DNA from: Felis catus | Taxonomy: Eukaryota | DNA length: 64,000 bases | Assembly (NCBI RefSeq): GCF_018350175.1 | Contig: NC_058368.1 | Location: forward strand, 83,206,001 to 83,270,000 | Direction: 5' to 3' | Shown here: piece after piece, positions 62,840 to 64,000 of the stretch | Layout: every line of letters begins with the position of its first letter | Numbering within the stretch: the stretch's first letter is position 1 | Translations under genes and position numbers: made by a program | Notes under the pieces: generated by a model | What the model saw: the letters and a program-made list of their open reading frames with translations, nothing else | Databases searched by the model: none | Told to the model about the DNA's origin: nothing

Positions 62840-64000
62840 TGGCCATGGTTTTTCTACTATCACCATTCCCTAAGGGACCTGAGAAGAGTCATACTTGTCT
62901 ATGCTTTGGGTAAAAGACCCATTAATTTCAGTCCTTGCTGTGAACTCCATAACATCCTACAGCCCAATCTCAAACCCTCTTACCCATGCTCTGAGAAACA
63001 TCCTGTCTTCCCTGGGGCTCACTGGGAGACATCTCTCCATGCATTGAAGACACCACTGATGTCTTTCACATTGTGGATGCTGAAATAGCCTTATAACTCA
63101 GTTACAGTCCATCTCAGGCATAGTCCAGAGCAATCCTGTATGCTCATGATTCTGGAAGGAAGTATGCCCATCTATGGTGTTGAGGGCATGCCTGCAGAAA
63201 GTGGTTCTACCTTTACACCATGAAGCAACCCTGTGAGTCACTCCCATTACCGTTCAGCTGTCATGTGGGGTCAGCCATGATTGTCCAGGAAATTGCCAAA
63301 TGACTTTGCAGAAGTCTGTGTGAAATTCAACAATACATTTCTTCAGACCAGACAGAGGCCTGCTATCCTCACACCTAACTGTAGACTCAGAAATGGGTAC
63401 TATTTCCCAGTACTAGCCCTACTGGCAAAGGTAGGGCTAGAGGAGTTCTCATATTCTTAGGGAACAAAAATAATGAATGCTCACATTAGCTCTGATAACA
63501 GGTTGAACACTGTGGAGCCCTCTGTGGACTCAGAAGCATGCATATGAACTGACTGTAAGTCCATTTAACTAAGATTTCATAAGCAATGTCATCAGACTGG
63601 AGACTGGAGCATATGGTCTTTACTTCCTGTGGTAAGTCTTTAAATACTGGAAAAGGGGTTTTATTATTCAACTGTACAGCCACAAATTCAAGTTTCTATT
63701 AGTCTCAATGAATCAGACCAACTCGATACCACCAAAGGAAAACAGAAAGAAACAACTAAACGAAATAAGAAAAACAATGTAAGAACAAAATGAGAAGTTT
63801 AGTAAATAAAAGCCATTAAAATGAACCAAGCAGAACTCCTGAGACTAAAAAATGCAATGGTTGAATGAAAAATTCAGCAGAGATCTTCTACAGAACAATT
63901 AATCATACAGAAAAAAATGTCCATGAACTCAAATACAGGTCATTTGAAGTTAGTCAGAAACACTGAAAAGTAAAGAATGAAAACAAGTGAAGAAAGCATA

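Larger units (their letters stand above)
60475..64000 (+). mobile_element. Probable old L1 5'UTR and ORF1 start, interrupted by the young inverted L1
   Basis: 63720-64000 resembles L1 ORF1 (accaccaaagg...aatgagaagttt...aaccaagcagaactcctgagact...catgaactcaaatacagg). Upstream sequence is assigned to the 5'UTR by position only. Confidence 0.55.

Noticed and set aside
62856..63720. Non-repetitive-looking sequence as a possible host exon or gene (also 44140-44900)
   Set aside because: No recognisable protein or splice structure. It leads directly into L1 ORF1-like sequence, so an old L1 5' region is more likely. A repeat-library search is needed to be sure.

Overview
Mammalian, carnivore and most likely felid DNA, inferred from many SINEC_Fc-type CAN-SINEs and a cat-type L1 ORF1 starting MTKRKNSPQK. 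The window is almost entirely LINE-1 of several ages nested inside one another, plus 20 CAN-SINEs, one probable solo LTR and microsatellites. I can support no host protein-coding gene, RNA gene or CRISPR array. Every long ORF is L1 ORF1/ORF2, an antisense shadow of one, or SINE-derived. Five full-length or near-full-length L1s are resolved (8334-14217 +, 14324-21441 +, 22879-28806 -, 33138-40522 -, ~47850-54400 +), the first four with target-site duplications (TSDs). There are also two 5'-inverted (twin-primed) L1s, and no L1 copy has intact ORF1 plus ORF2. The least ordinary observations are: (1) a ~1.2 kb insertion fusing a ~160-bp-period, TAACCC-rich cassette to an L1 3' end; (2) two young inverted L1s sharing an ORF1 frameshift and many substitutions; (3) a tail-less internal L1 fragment with a TSD, inserted antisense at the homologous position of its host L1; (4) a perfect 60-bp pure-AT palindrome. 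I did not find a convincing new protein-coding system. Subfamily names and boundaries of the old elements were read by eye and are approximate.
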